DNA of 64,000 nucleotides from Candidatus Omnitrophota bacterium (GTDB lineage: Bacteria > Omnitrophota > Gorgyraeia > Pluralincolimonadales > Pluralincolimonadaceae): positions 107,804 through 171,803 of the forward strand of contig PLNR01000011.1 in assembly GCA_003141835.1 (NCBI GenBank), read 5' to 3'. The translations under genes and the position numbers were made by a program. The notes under the pieces were generated by a model. The model was not told the origin of the DNA. It saw only the letters and a program-made list of their open reading frames with translations, and made no database searches. This document shows, piece after piece, positions 20,371 through 30,243 of the stretch. The stretch's first letter is position 1. The number at the start of each line of letters is the position of its first letter.

Positions 20371-21634
20371 ATGACTTCGGAGATTCCCCTATGCTTTCAT
20401 AAAGCGCTAAATACCTGCTTATCATCCTATCCAATGTGAAGAGCTTGTCAAAACGCTCGCGGGACGCCTTCCCCATCTTGATGCGCAGATTATCGTCGGA
20501 TATCAGGCTCACCATGGCGGTCTTGATAGCCTCGGCGTCTTTAGGCGGAACCACGATCCCGGTGATCCCGTTTTCAATCTCTTCCGGTATGCCTGCGACG
20601 TCCGTTCCTATTACGGGAACGCCTAACGACATGGCCTCAAGGATCACGAACGGCAGGTCCTCATAGCCGATGGACGGCAGGAGCAGAAAAAGGCTTTTTG
20701 CGATATAATCGATACAATCATCCCGTTGGCCCATAAAAATTATATTTTTATCAAGTCCTTCCCGCGACACGAGCTCCTTTATCTCTCCTGACATGGGCCC
20801 CTCTCCCATCAGGATGAGCTTAACGCCGGATAATCCTTTATTCTCCTGCAGCATTTCTTTAAAAGCCTCGATCGCGTACTTATGCCCTTTTCTCTCCTCA
20901 AACCTTGCGGCTATCGATACAATCCTGTCGTTTTGGACTTTCATATTACCGGCGGCAAGATTCGAATCGGGATTGCGAAGAGCGCCTTCTATCCCGTGAG
21001 GCAGGGTAATGATCTTCTTAGGGTTAAATCCCCTATTTACGGCCAGGGCCCTCCCAGCCGCCGCGGAGGCCGTGGTGATGGCATCGACGCTCCTGCGGAC
21101 AAGGCTATCTATTACGCGGTCGATATATCCCGTATCCTTAAAAGCGATATTATTCACGCTCATTATAACATTTCTTGCGCCCGCATTTTTTGCGGCGACC
21201 GCAGCGGCACGGCAGCTTAAGGATGCCGGGTAACCCCCGTTATTTATATGGACAATTTCGGGTTTATTCCTCAAGAAGATGAAATACAATATAATATAAT
21301 CATAGATGAATATAAAGGGCGAGAGTAAAATGAATATTTCGGTTATCAGTTTCTTGAGGATTTTTAAAGCATATCTATTCTTTACCATTTCCCATAAGTA
21401 GATATTGACTGTATTTATATCGAATAAATTTATGCCCAATAATTTATCCGCCGGGAAATCGGGGTGGTTTATGCGCATACCTTTCGTATATTCTTTTGTC
21501 ATCCGGTAGACCAGCAGGTAATCGTACCTGGATACGAATGCCTGCGAGGCCATGACCTCAAACATGGACTTTTCGCATCCGCCGTATACAAGACAGTCCG
21601 TATAATATACCACACGCCGATTATTTGTTTTCAT
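20363..21634 (-). CDS. Glycosyltransferase, GT4 family, with a hydrophobic N-terminal segment.
   Basis: GT-B C-terminal domain (…MGEGPMSGEIKELV…ILEAMSLGVPVIGTD). 423 aa. Confidence 0.75.
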   Translation of the reverse strand: MKTNNRRVVYYTDCLVYGGCEKSMFEVMASQAFVSRYDYLLVYRMTKEYTKGMRINHPDFPADKLLGINLFDINTVNIYLWEMVKNRYALKILKKLITEIFILLSPFIFIYDYIILYFIFLRNKPEIVHINNGGYPASLSCRAAAVAAKNAGARNVIMSVNNIAFKDTGYIDRVIDSLVRRSVDAITTASAAAGRALAVNRGFNPKKIITLPHGIEGALRNPDSNLAAGNMKVQNDRIVSIAARFEERKGHKYAIEAFKEMLQENKGLSGVKLILMGEGPMSGEIKELVSREGLDKNIIFMGQRDDCIDYIAKSLFLLLPSIGYEDLPFVILEAMSLGVPVIGTDVAGIPEEIENGITGIVVPPKDAEAIKTAMVSLISDDNLRIKMGKASRERFDKLFTLDRMISRYLALYESIGESPKSYA

Positions 21635-22440
21635 GGCTTAAAAATAAGGCCCTGGCCCGTAGGCAGGGACAGCACTTCCACTCCCTTCTCTTTCGCGAAT
21701 TTATCGAATGCCTTTTTCTGCAAAAAGTACGGTTGCCAGCCGTAGTCATCAAGCACTATCACCGCTCCGCTGACAAGCTTATCCCAAAAGAATTCGGCGG
21801 CCGCTATTTCCGGCGTCACGCAATTCATGTCTATCGACAGGAAGGAGACCTTTACCGTATCCGCCTGCGGCAACGTCTCCGGGATCGGGCCCCTGATTAT
21901 CTTGACGTTCGGGAAGTCCTTGAAAGTCTTTTTCACTCCCTCATAGCATTCCTCGTAACGGGATCCGGGCAGCCTGCCGAGCTTCTTCTCCTCTTCTATG
22001 GTATATTTTTCCGAAAAACCGCAGAAAGTGTCCAATAAATAAAATTTTTTGTTTAAACGGTTAAAATCCACGTAATGCACCACCGCCCGGGAGAACCAGC
22101 CCCTGTAGACGCCGCATTCCACGAAATCGCCTTCCAGGTGTTTTGCGTGAGAGGCGGCCCAGCAAAGCACGTGGATTCTCCAGTGCATCTTTCCTTCGTT
22201 TGCGGAAAATTTTATCCCCCGGTATGTAGCCTCGCCGAGCTTATACGCCTCGATGAATAATTTGTCTTTCATGAAATCACCATTATGCTGGGTCGCCAAG
22301 CCGTCTTGGTTATAGGTGAGCGGGCCCTGGACTAACCTGAGATTAAAGATCCTCCTTATGTATTCGATCATATTCCTGACCGGCTTGACTTCAAGCAGCT
22401 GCCTGATCACCGGTGCTTGTTTAATAAATTTCTTTATCAT
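21631..22440 (-). CDS. TylF/MycF-family (Methyltransf_24-like) SAM-dependent sugar O-methyltransferase.
   Basis: FVECGVYRGWFSRAV and VIVLDDYGW motifs are typical of macrocin-O-methyltransferase-like enzymes. 269 aa. Confidence 0.68.
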   Translation of the reverse strand: MIKKFIKQAPVIRQLLEVKPVRNMIEYIRRIFNLRLVQGPLTYNQDGLATQHNGDFMKDKLFIEAYKLGEATYRGIKFSANEGKMHWRIHVLCWAASHAKHLEGDFVECGVYRGWFSRAVVHYVDFNRLNKKFYLLDTFCGFSEKYTIEEEKKLGRLPGSRYEECYEGVKKTFKDFPNVKIIRGPIPETLPQADTVKVSFLSIDMNCVTPEIAAAEFFWDKLVSGAVIVLDDYGWQPYFLQKKAFDKFAKEKGVEVLSLPTGQGLIFKP

Positions 22441-23246
22441 TTATCTCCTCCCAGCCTTACATCAGCCGTTTCCGGCCGTTCTTTCTTTAAAACCGCCAAA
22501 TAATCCGAATATCTGCATAATTTAGAAGCCGCCCCCGTAAAAATCCTGTAGAAAAAATATAATGGTCCGAAAAGATTCCCTACTATGCTCCTTTTAATTT
22601 TAAAAACTGTGGTATTATTTTCCCATTTGTTAGCTATGGTGTCATAGTAATGCCGGCTTGTTTCGCATATGTGCCTTCTGAGCAGCCAGGTATTCTTGAT
22701 ATAGGCCAGCTCTTCTATCCTGAACCCAAGCCTTCCGCTCAATTGCGACAGGCATTGCGGGTCTATCCAGCATGTATGCTCCGGGTTGACGATGAAATTC
22801 TTATTGAAAGAGACATAATGGAACTCGCCGCAAAAAAACGGGTTAGGCGTCGTTACGATGAGGATGCCTTCCGGTTTAAGCAGCCTCTCGCAATTGGAAA
22901 AGAAACCCTCAAAATTCACAAGATGTTCCAGGAGGTCGCCGGCGACGATCACGTCGAATTCTTCCGCTATATCAAGAGGTTTCGTCACATCCCCGAAGAC
23001 CAGGTCGTAACCGTGGGAATTTAGCTTCGCTATCTCGCCGGGCAGGTAATCGAGCCCCACCACCTTCTTCGCGACCGCCTTTATCCTTTTGTGGAGCCAA
23101 TTCTCGTCCTTAAGCGCGAATTCCGCAGTATGCCTTATGCAGCCCAGGTCGAGCACGACCTTTCCCCTGCACCTGTCGCAGATAAAGGACTCCCTATTGA
23201 CCGGCTTAGACTTTTTTATCATATCCGCAAGCTCGAACTTATTCAT
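22437..23246 (-). CDS. Class I SAM-dependent methyltransferase.
   Basis: VVLDLGC motif I and VIVAGDLLEHL motif II. 269 aa. Confidence 0.7.
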   Translation of the reverse strand: MNKFELADMIKKSKPVNRESFICDRCRGKVVLDLGCIRHTAEFALKDENWLHKRIKAVAKKVVGLDYLPGEIAKLNSHGYDLVFGDVTKPLDIAEEFDVIVAGDLLEHLVNFEGFFSNCERLLKPEGILIVTTPNPFFCGEFHYVSFNKNFIVNPEHTCWIDPQCLSQLSGRLGFRIEELAYIKNTWLLRRHICETSRHYYDTIANKWENNTTVFKIKRSIVGNLFGPLYFFYRIFTGAASKLCRYSDYLAVLKKERPETADVRLGGDK

Positions 23247-23261
23247 GGCCCCTCCTCGGCT

Positions 23262-24746
23262 TCATAACGCGCCTGAACGCAAAATTTTTAACCAAAAATC
23301 CGCGTAGATTATCGGTGTTATGACGAGTTCTTTGAGCAAAAAATCCAGGTAGGCGAGTTTTCTTTTGGACCTGAGCACTGCCATCCAATACTGTCGATCG
23401 GCTTTAAACATATTCATTTCGATAGGCGCATATATGCCATATTTAATCCACCAGCTATTGAGCAAAGTATTGAAATTGATATTGTGCTTCGACATCCTGT
23501 ACTCTTCCGGAGGATTAAGGCGGTCCAGCCTCCAATACTGCTCCTTGGGGATAGGAGCTTTTAAGTATTTATCATAAAAAGCGGTGCCGGGATAAGGCTG
23601 TGTAACTCCCACGGAAATATAGGTCGGCTTTATTCGCGCCAACAGCTTATAGGACATCTCCAGGTCATCTTCCGTTTCTCCGGGCAGATTAAGCAGCATA
23701 TTAGCAAAAGTCCTTATGTTGTATTTCCTGCATAAGGAAAAGGCGTTGACTATTTCGGGTATGCTTATCTTTTTGTTGATCGTTTCCAGTAATTTCGGTG
23801 AACCCGTCTCGACGCCGAAATCGAGCTGTATGCATCCCGCTTCTTTCATCATCCTTACGATCTTTTCGTTCTTTAGGCAGTTTACCCTTGTATCGGCGGC
23901 CCAGAGCATCCTTAACCCGCTTTTGCGGTAAGCATCGCAAAACTCTATTATGTCCGCCTCGGTCATCCCGAAAGTATCATCAAGGATATAAAAAAAATCG
24001 AAATGGTATTTATCCTGCAATATGCGCAATTCTTCCATTACGCGGGCCATCGGCCGCTTCCTGGCCAGGGGCGGGCCGCCAGGGACTTTATCCATGGCTT
24101 TCCATACCGCGTTCGAAGCGCAAAAACCGCAATTATAAGGGCATCCCCGCGATGTTTGTATTACGGCGGTAGACACTATCAACCGCCTTATGATAAGTTT
24201 TGTCGGTTTCGCGTTCCATTCCATATCTATCATGTGATAGGCAGGCATTCCGCATTCACTGAGATCCATGAACTCCCTGTTGCCGTTTATTTTAACTGCG
24301 CCGTTATCCAGGTACGCTATGCCCTTTATGCGGCTATTATCCTTATTCTCGTCATATTCTTTAAGGACCTGCTCCAGGGTAAGCTCCCCCTCCCCGCGGA
24401 CGACCAGGTCGAAAGGGCTGCCATCATATAAAAAATCCTGCGGAGAGACCGAAGGGTGCGCGTTCCCTACGATAATTTTTGAACCGGTCTCCTCTTTTAT
24501 CTTTTTCGCCAGCTCGACTATCGCGTTGTAGTCGGTCACAAATGCTGCCAGCCCAACATAGCGCGGCTTCTTTTCCTTTATTTCGCGCATTATGATGTTT
24601 ACATTCGCCTCGATACTTTTCTCATGCGGGTCGGCTATCCCGACCTTGAAACCCTTCTTTTCCAGGTATCCGGCCAGGTAGAGGTAATAGAACGGCATAT
24701 ACCTGCTTCTTGCGTTTGAGGGCGAAACTACGAATAGTATATCCAT
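23262..24746 (-). CDS. B12-binding (class B) radical SAM enzyme.
   Basis: N-terminal B12-binding-like domain with SRGCPYNCGFC. 494 aa. Confidence 0.85.
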   Translation of the reverse strand: MDILFVVSPSNARSRYMPFYYLYLAGYLEKKGFKVGIADPHEKSIEANVNIIMREIKEKKPRYVGLAAFVTDYNAIVELAKKIKEETGSKIIVGNAHPSVSPQDFLYDGSPFDLVVRGEGELTLEQVLKEYDENKDNSRIKGIAYLDNGAVKINGNREFMDLSECGMPAYHMIDMEWNAKPTKLIIRRLIVSTAVIQTSRGCPYNCGFCASNAVWKAMDKVPGGPPLARKRPMARVMEELRILQDKYHFDFFYILDDTFGMTEADIIEFCDAYRKSGLRMLWAADTRVNCLKNEKIVRMMKEAGCIQLDFGVETGSPKLLETINKKISIPEIVNAFSLCRKYNIRTFANMLLNLPGETEDDLEMSYKLLARIKPTYISVGVTQPYPGTAFYDKYLKAPIPKEQYWRLDRLNPPEEYRMSKHNINFNTLLNSWWIKYGIYAPIEMNMFKADRQYWMAVLRSKRKLAYLDFLLKELVITPIIYADFWLKILRSGAL

Positions 24747-24749
24747 GCC

Positions 24750-26285
24750 TCAGGCCTTGGCCAATTTGGCGAACAGGCCGTTGACATAGTCCCTGAAATA
24801 ACCGGAAAAAACATAATACAAGCATAAGGCGCCGAATGACGCCAGCCCTCCGGCGCATATCACGATCAACAGGTCCATCTTATTTTTATCGGCCGGCATG
24901 AACCTGCCTGCATAAGCCAGTACGCCCACTAAAAATAATGTGGGGATCACGGCAGGGCTGATGACCTTTTTAATGAGATCTACGGTTTTATATTTTAAAA
25001 AATCATTCATCAGGATAAAATACAGAACAGCGGAAACCGTGAACGCGATGAACTTAAACACTGCAAAAGCAAGTATGCCCATTGAAGAATAGGTCGCTAA
25101 TATCCCGCCCCAATAAATAATGACCGCGATAACGGCGATCGCGCCCATAGCTTTGACCCTTACCTGCGTCGTGACCAGGATGCCGGCTGGCTGGACGAAA
25201 AAATTATACACCCAGCTCATAACCAGGAATTGCGCTACCAGTATCGACGGTACATAATTAGCGCCTACCCAGCAAAGGATCACCGGCCTCATCAGAACCA
25301 CTATGCTGACTACGGGGAATACCACTAAAGGAAGAGTCAGGACGATAACGCTGTAGATGATCCTCCGCAGGCTTGCCATGTCATTTTGCCCCATAAAATG
25401 GTTAAAACGGGCCAGGAAGGGGCCGTAAATAACCCCGAGTATACCCCTGAAAAATCCCATGACGGTCAGCCCCACCGCATAGAGCGCGGCCATCTCCGCT
25501 CCGGATAATTTACCGATCGCAAACAGGTCCAATTCATAATAAAGTATGCAGACCAACGTAGTGAAAAAAGTGCCGAACGCGAGCCTTTTAGTCCGGTTAT
25601 AGATCTCTCCTGAAAACCTGAAAGACCTCGCCAGAAGGCCGAAATCGTAATGGTATTTGGCCTTTATGATGCCCAGGAAAATGATATTGGCTATTAATCC
25701 CGTGGACTGGTAAAACAGGAAATATCCCACGATATCATATTTGCTGCCGTTAAAAAAATAGAACACCGAACACACCCTCGCCAGGTTGACCAGGATGGAA
25801 AGCCTCTGGTAGATATAATCTTCCAGCCTTATGCCGAAGACTATCTGGCATAACTTTTGCAGGATGACGGTCGGCGAAAAGAGCGAAAGAATCAGTAATA
25901 ACCTTGAAGCGACGGCTATCTCCTTTGCGTCATTGAGATTTTTTATCAACAGATGGGGATCGAATGCGAAGACCAGGATGACCATCGAGAACAAGAGGAC
26001 GAAAATAAACAGGACAAAACTCACAAAACCGAGTATCCTTATCTCTTCCTTCAGGTCGTTAATGGCGAATTGCTCGCTTACGTATTTAAACGCGGCGCCC
26101 AAAAACCCGATATCCGCGTATGTCAGGAAAAAGGTGACTGAGACGCATATAGAATAGATGCCGTAGATCGCCGGGGCGCTGGTAAGTTTCGGTATCACTA
26201 TGAAAAGCGAAAGGAACCCGAGCAGGATCGAAATGCCTTGCCAGAGGTATATCTTTACATAATTTTTCGTATACGATTCTTGCAT
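24750..26285 (-). CDS. wzx: Oligosaccharide/polysaccharide flippase (Wzx, MOP superfamily).
   Basis: 511 aa with about 12-14 TM helices and a polysaccharide-biosynthesis-protein topology. Sits inside a glycosyltransferase cluster. Confidence 0.75.
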   Translation of the reverse strand: MQESYTKNYVKIYLWQGISILLGFLSLFIVIPKLTSAPAIYGIYSICVSVTFFLTYADIGFLGAAFKYVSEQFAINDLKEEIRILGFVSFVLFIFVLLFSMVILVFAFDPHLLIKNLNDAKEIAVASRLLLILSLFSPTVILQKLCQIVFGIRLEDYIYQRLSILVNLARVCSVFYFFNGSKYDIVGYFLFYQSTGLIANIIFLGIIKAKYHYDFGLLARSFRFSGEIYNRTKRLAFGTFFTTLVCILYYELDLFAIGKLSGAEMAALYAVGLTVMGFFRGILGVIYGPFLARFNHFMGQNDMASLRRIIYSVIVLTLPLVVFPVVSIVVLMRPVILCWVGANYVPSILVAQFLVMSWVYNFFVQPAGILVTTQVRVKAMGAIAVIAVIIYWGGILATYSSMGILAFAVFKFIAFTVSAVLYFILMNDFLKYKTVDLIKKVISPAVIPTLFLVGVLAYAGRFMPADKNKMDLLIVICAGGLASFGALCLYYVFSGYFRDYVNGLFAKLAKA

Positions 26286-26289
26286 ATAT

Positions 26290-28071
26290 TTATCTATTAA
26301 CCAGGTTATCGATCAGGCCCAGTATCTTCCCTTCCGTTCCTTCTTTATACATATAATGCTTATAAAAGGTATCGTCCCGTTTTTTCTCCAATTCGCCCTT
26401 CATGAAAAGATCGATCTTTGCGATGGCCTCAGCGGTATCTTCGCAATAATGGACGCGCCTTTTCAGTTCTTCGAGAGCCTTCGCCTCATACGGATTCAGC
26501 GGGTCGTCCATTAGGAATATCTCGGCATCAAGAGGTAAAACATCAAATAACGGCTGCGACGGGACCTCTATTAAAACGGCCTTGGGCGAGTATTCCAGGA
26601 GAAAATCGGTCAGGGATACGTTATCGACGACCTTTAAATTATTGAGCCTCTCAAAGACCGACCAGGCGGAGCAGTTCAGGTAACCGGAATCTATAAACGG
26701 TTTTATATAGATATCCCGCGATTTTAACGAATTGAGGTGTTCCAGAAGGGTTATCTGCCTTTCAACCACCATATCCGGGGAGATCCTGTCCATCCCGGAC
26801 TCAAACATGGAGATGCTCACCGTTATCGGGAACAGGAAGTCTATCTTCCTGGAAGCCTTTTCGTATTTTACTATTTTTGTTTTTCCTAACGGCAGGATCT
26901 CCGCTTTTATCTTTATCGAGGGATATACCCTCTCCAGGTCTTCCCTGGTAAATCCCCAGCTGATAAAATGATCGCACCTGTTAAAATCTGTTTCCACGTT
27001 CCACGGAGAAAGCGCTTCGCCGTAAAGGCAGCCGTGCTGCGAACCCACGACCTTTATGCCTTTTGACGATAAATATTCGAAGATCATGGCCCTTGACCTC
27101 CATGACGGAGAGACCCCCCATATCCCCAGGGAAACAGGATGTTTCATGTTGATCATCTCGATCGAACGAACGGCATTCAAATACCGGTTCCCGTTAGCCG
27201 CGAAGTCCTCCTCAATATTTTCCAAAAGGAGTTTCACGAACGGGTCGGTGTCGTCCTTGATAAAACCCTTGCTCCTGAGGTCCAAATTTACGTCATAAGT
27301 TAAGCGTTGCGTTCCGAATCCCAGAAATCCTTCTTCCCTGAAGTCATAATATAAAATATTATACTTATTTAAGCTGTTAACCAGGAATTCCAACTCATAT
27401 AAAGGCTCGCTTATCAATACGGTCTTCCTGTCATCGCGGAATCTCTTGAATCCATATTTATGGACGGCAACGGCTATTCCCTTTAATATAAACCTGAAAT
27501 TGCGGCCTTTCAGCCTCCTGAGCGCGTTCATTATCCTTTTCATCCCGCGCCCTGGTCCCGGGATATCCTTATCCGCCGGGATCTCTATGATATCGGTCCG
27601 GATGCCCGCAAAAAACAAAGGTACCAGGTCGCTTACGGAGGTACTTACATTTAAGAATTTATTAAACCTGTAATCATAAAACAATATCTTTTCCGGCTTA
27701 TGGACATCCGCCGCCCTTTTGACGCAATCCACGAACGTGGCGTATCCCAGCAGCTGCAGTCCGCAATAGAAAAAATATAACGGGGTAAAATAATCCAATT
27801 TGAGGTTAAACTTCTTATTCAATGACGGCGAAAGGCCGGAATCTAAATTTTTTAACAGGCCGCCTACCGTTTTTGCGCACTTCTCCCTCATGCTGATCAA
27901 TTCTTCGGTAGGCAGGAATCCGCTCAAACATTTACAATCCAGGCCGTGCTTTTCTTTAAGGTAAACATCTACGCTGGAATGCGTGGAAAAAAGCACATTG
28001 CCTTCGAAAAACTTATTTTCAACGCAGTGCCTCGCGTCGGATACGCTATGGAGAATGACGGCCGTTCTCAT
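26290..28071 (-). CDS. Large hypothetical protein (593 aa) with no recognisable family. Candidate novel glycosyltransferase or nonulosonate transferase.
   Basis: Uninterrupted ORF tightly packed between wzx and a radical SAM gene. No diagnostic motif found by eye. Confidence 0.5.
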   Translation of the reverse strand: MRTAVILHSVSDARHCVENKFFEGNVLFSTHSSVDVYLKEKHGLDCKCLSGFLPTEELISMREKCAKTVGGLLKNLDSGLSPSLNKKFNLKLDYFTPLYFFYCGLQLLGYATFVDCVKRAADVHKPEKILFYDYRFNKFLNVSTSVSDLVPLFFAGIRTDIIEIPADKDIPGPGRGMKRIMNALRRLKGRNFRFILKGIAVAVHKYGFKRFRDDRKTVLISEPLYELEFLVNSLNKYNILYYDFREEGFLGFGTQRLTYDVNLDLRSKGFIKDDTDPFVKLLLENIEEDFAANGNRYLNAVRSIEMINMKHPVSLGIWGVSPSWRSRAMIFEYLSSKGIKVVGSQHGCLYGEALSPWNVETDFNRCDHFISWGFTREDLERVYPSIKIKAEILPLGKTKIVKYEKASRKIDFLFPITVSISMFESGMDRISPDMVVERQITLLEHLNSLKSRDIYIKPFIDSGYLNCSAWSVFERLNNLKVVDNVSLTDFLLEYSPKAVLIEVPSQPLFDVLPLDAEIFLMDDPLNPYEAKALEELKRRVHYCEDTAEAIAKIDLFMKGELEKKRDDTFYKHYMYKEGTEGKILGLIDNLVNR

Positions 28072-29474
28072 GATGACTTAGCCGGAGAAGACCCGCGTGA
28101 TAAACCATCTTTGGGTTTTTGATATGTGACGGTCTTGAAAACGGAATCCAGCTTCAATCCCAAATGCACCGCTAATCTTCTCAGTTTCTCTTCAACGATC
28201 GAGACAAATTCATTATCCGGCATCCCGGTAAGGTTGACATGGAAATCCTGCCTGTCCCCTATCCTCTCCAGGTACCCGATCTCATCGGTTATGCGGCCGT
28301 TTTTCCTCGCCCAATCATATATCGGGGTGCCCGGCAAAGGCAGCAGAAAACCGACGCTTGGATACATCCGGCATTCCTCGCAAACCTCGATGGTGCGCTG
28401 GATAGTTTCAGGCGTTTCCTGCGGATAGCCGAAAATTACGCTTGTCAGGGGGGTGACGCCTCCATCCCACAGCGCCCTCGACTGCTCTATGATCTGCGGG
28501 ACCGAGATCTTTTTATTCATCGCGGACAGAATCCCGGGGTCGGCGTTCTCCAAAGAAAAAGCGATGTTCTCGCAACCGGCCTCTCTCATTCTCTTTATCA
28601 GGTCCAGGTCTTTCTTCTTGAAGAGATCTCCTCTCGAGGTGGCTTCCCATTTTATCTTAAAATCCAGGCTTTCTATTATCCCGACCATCTGCTCTACGCC
28701 TTTTATGTTAGGGAAGGTCAACTCGTCCCAAAAAGAAACGTAATTGCAATTGTACTTGCCGTGGAGCCTGTTAAGCTCCCCGGTGAAAGCCCCTTCGGAA
28801 TACCTCCTGTATTTCTCCCCTTTAAAAACATGGTAACAAAAAGTGCAGTTGAACGGGCATCCCCTCGCGTAATTCAACGGATACGACAGGGCTTTCTCCG
28901 AGGAAAAATTATTTACGTTTATATACCCGTATTCGTCATATTTGGCCAGTTCGAACAGGTCCCAATCGGGAAATCCGAAAACATCCAATGACGGCGCGAC
29001 AGGCCGTTTTTGCGTATAGACTATCCTGTCTCCATCCTTAAATACGATGCCTTCTACATCCGACAACGGGCTCTTCGCTTCTATCGCCTTCATGAGCTCT
29101 ACGACCGTTATGTCGCTTTCGCCCATGACAGCTATGTCAACCTTTGTATTTTTTAAGAGAAGTTCGGGGATAGATGTAGCGACGGAATTTCCCGCCATTA
29201 TAACGGCCTTGGGGTTAGTCTTTTTCACGATATCGGCAATCTGCCTAACCAGCTTGAACCCGGTCACTATGCATCCGAGGCCGTAAACATCGTAAGGCCT
29301 GCCGGCCAGGATCTTTTCCAAGTCGGAAATAGTGAGGTTGTTAATATCCATGTCTATAAGGTCGAATTCAAAGCCTGCTTTTTTTATTGCGGTCATTATA
29401 TAACCGAGGCCGACAGGAAGCTGCCTTCTTTTTGAACCTGGCCTTAGGGATGGATTAATAAAAACGATCTTCAT
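28068..29474 (-). CDS. B12-binding (class B) radical SAM enzyme.
   Basis: N-terminal LPVGLGYIMTAIKKAGFEFDLID (B12-binding-like) plus ARGCPFNCTFC. 468 aa. Confidence 0.85.
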   Translation of the reverse strand: MKIVFINPSLRPGSKRRQLPVGLGYIMTAIKKAGFEFDLIDMDINNLTISDLEKILAGRPYDVYGLGCIVTGFKLVRQIADIVKKTNPKAVIMAGNSVATSIPELLLKNTKVDIAVMGESDITVVELMKAIEAKSPLSDVEGIVFKDGDRIVYTQKRPVAPSLDVFGFPDWDLFELAKYDEYGYINVNNFSSEKALSYPLNYARGCPFNCTFCYHVFKGEKYRRYSEGAFTGELNRLHGKYNCNYVSFWDELTFPNIKGVEQMVGIIESLDFKIKWEATSRGDLFKKKDLDLIKRMREAGCENIAFSLENADPGILSAMNKKISVPQIIEQSRALWDGGVTPLTSVIFGYPQETPETIQRTIEVCEECRMYPSVGFLLPLPGTPIYDWARKNGRITDEIGYLERIGDRQDFHVNLTGMPDNEFVSIVEEKLRRLAVHLGLKLDSVFKTVTYQKPKDGLSRGSSPAKSS

Positions 29475-29481
29475 TCCCGCA

Positions 29482-30243
29482 TCAACTCCACCTGTGAAAA
29501 ATTATCATTGTCTCTTTTACTTCGTTGAAGCCGTTCTTAATATAGGTGTTTTGGGCGGAGACGTTCTTTGCCTGTGTCCCTACCGTGAGTTCCGTTGCCT
29601 GCAATTTTTTTGCGGCGTAGCGGAGCAAGGCCGAGCCGATCCCTTTTCCCTGAAATCTCTTTAAGACGGCTACGAAGAAAAGCCTGGAGCGCTTTCCGTC
29701 CCGGCTGACGTTGGCCAAGACCGCACCGGCTGTTTCATTGCGGAACTTGGCTATGAAGATGCGCCCGGCCTTCGAAGGCCTGAAGCATTTTATGTAATTT
29801 ATCCAGAGCAGGTCCGCTTTTTCTTTGGGGATACGGGTATCCGAATGGAACCTAGAATACCTGAAAACGCCCCCAAGCTCCTCACAGGGAAGGCCTTCGT
29901 TCTTTTTCAATTCAAGCACCTTTACGCCGGGCGCCAAGGACGGATCTTTTGCCTTCCCGCCGGCATATTTGAACGTGATCTCGGTATCTATGTAGGCGAA
30001 GCCCATAGTCTGTAAAAATGCTATCGATCCATTATCCGAATCTGCGGGGATCTTGACCGTCACGAAACTATTTTTGAGCTTACCGGCTGCCATGGCCCTT
30101 ATTTTAGCCGAAGGCACAAGTATGGAATTATCCGCGTCCAGGAGATAACAATCCCTCCCGAAGAAAACGGTATCCCATTCCAGGAACTTGAAATGATATA
30201 CGGCGCCGCCGGCTTTTAGCGTGATATCTTTAGAGGATGCCAT
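29482..30243 (-). CDS. GNAT-family acetyltransferase, candidate PseH-like N-acetyltransferase.
   Basis: FQGKGIGSALL acetyl-CoA loop. Lies immediately downstream of the PseG-like and PseI-like genes. 253 aa. Confidence 0.6.
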   Translation of the reverse strand: MASSKDITLKAGGAVYHFKFLEWDTVFFGRDCYLLDADNSILVPSAKIRAMAAGKLKNSFVTVKIPADSDNGSIAFLQTMGFAYIDTEITFKYAGGKAKDPSLAPGVKVLELKKNEGLPCEELGGVFRYSRFHSDTRIPKEKADLLWINYIKCFRPSKAGRIFIAKFRNETAGAVLANVSRDGKRSRLFFVAVLKRFQGKGIGSALLRYAAKKLQATELTVGTQAKNVSAQNTYIKNGFNEVKETMIIFHRWS

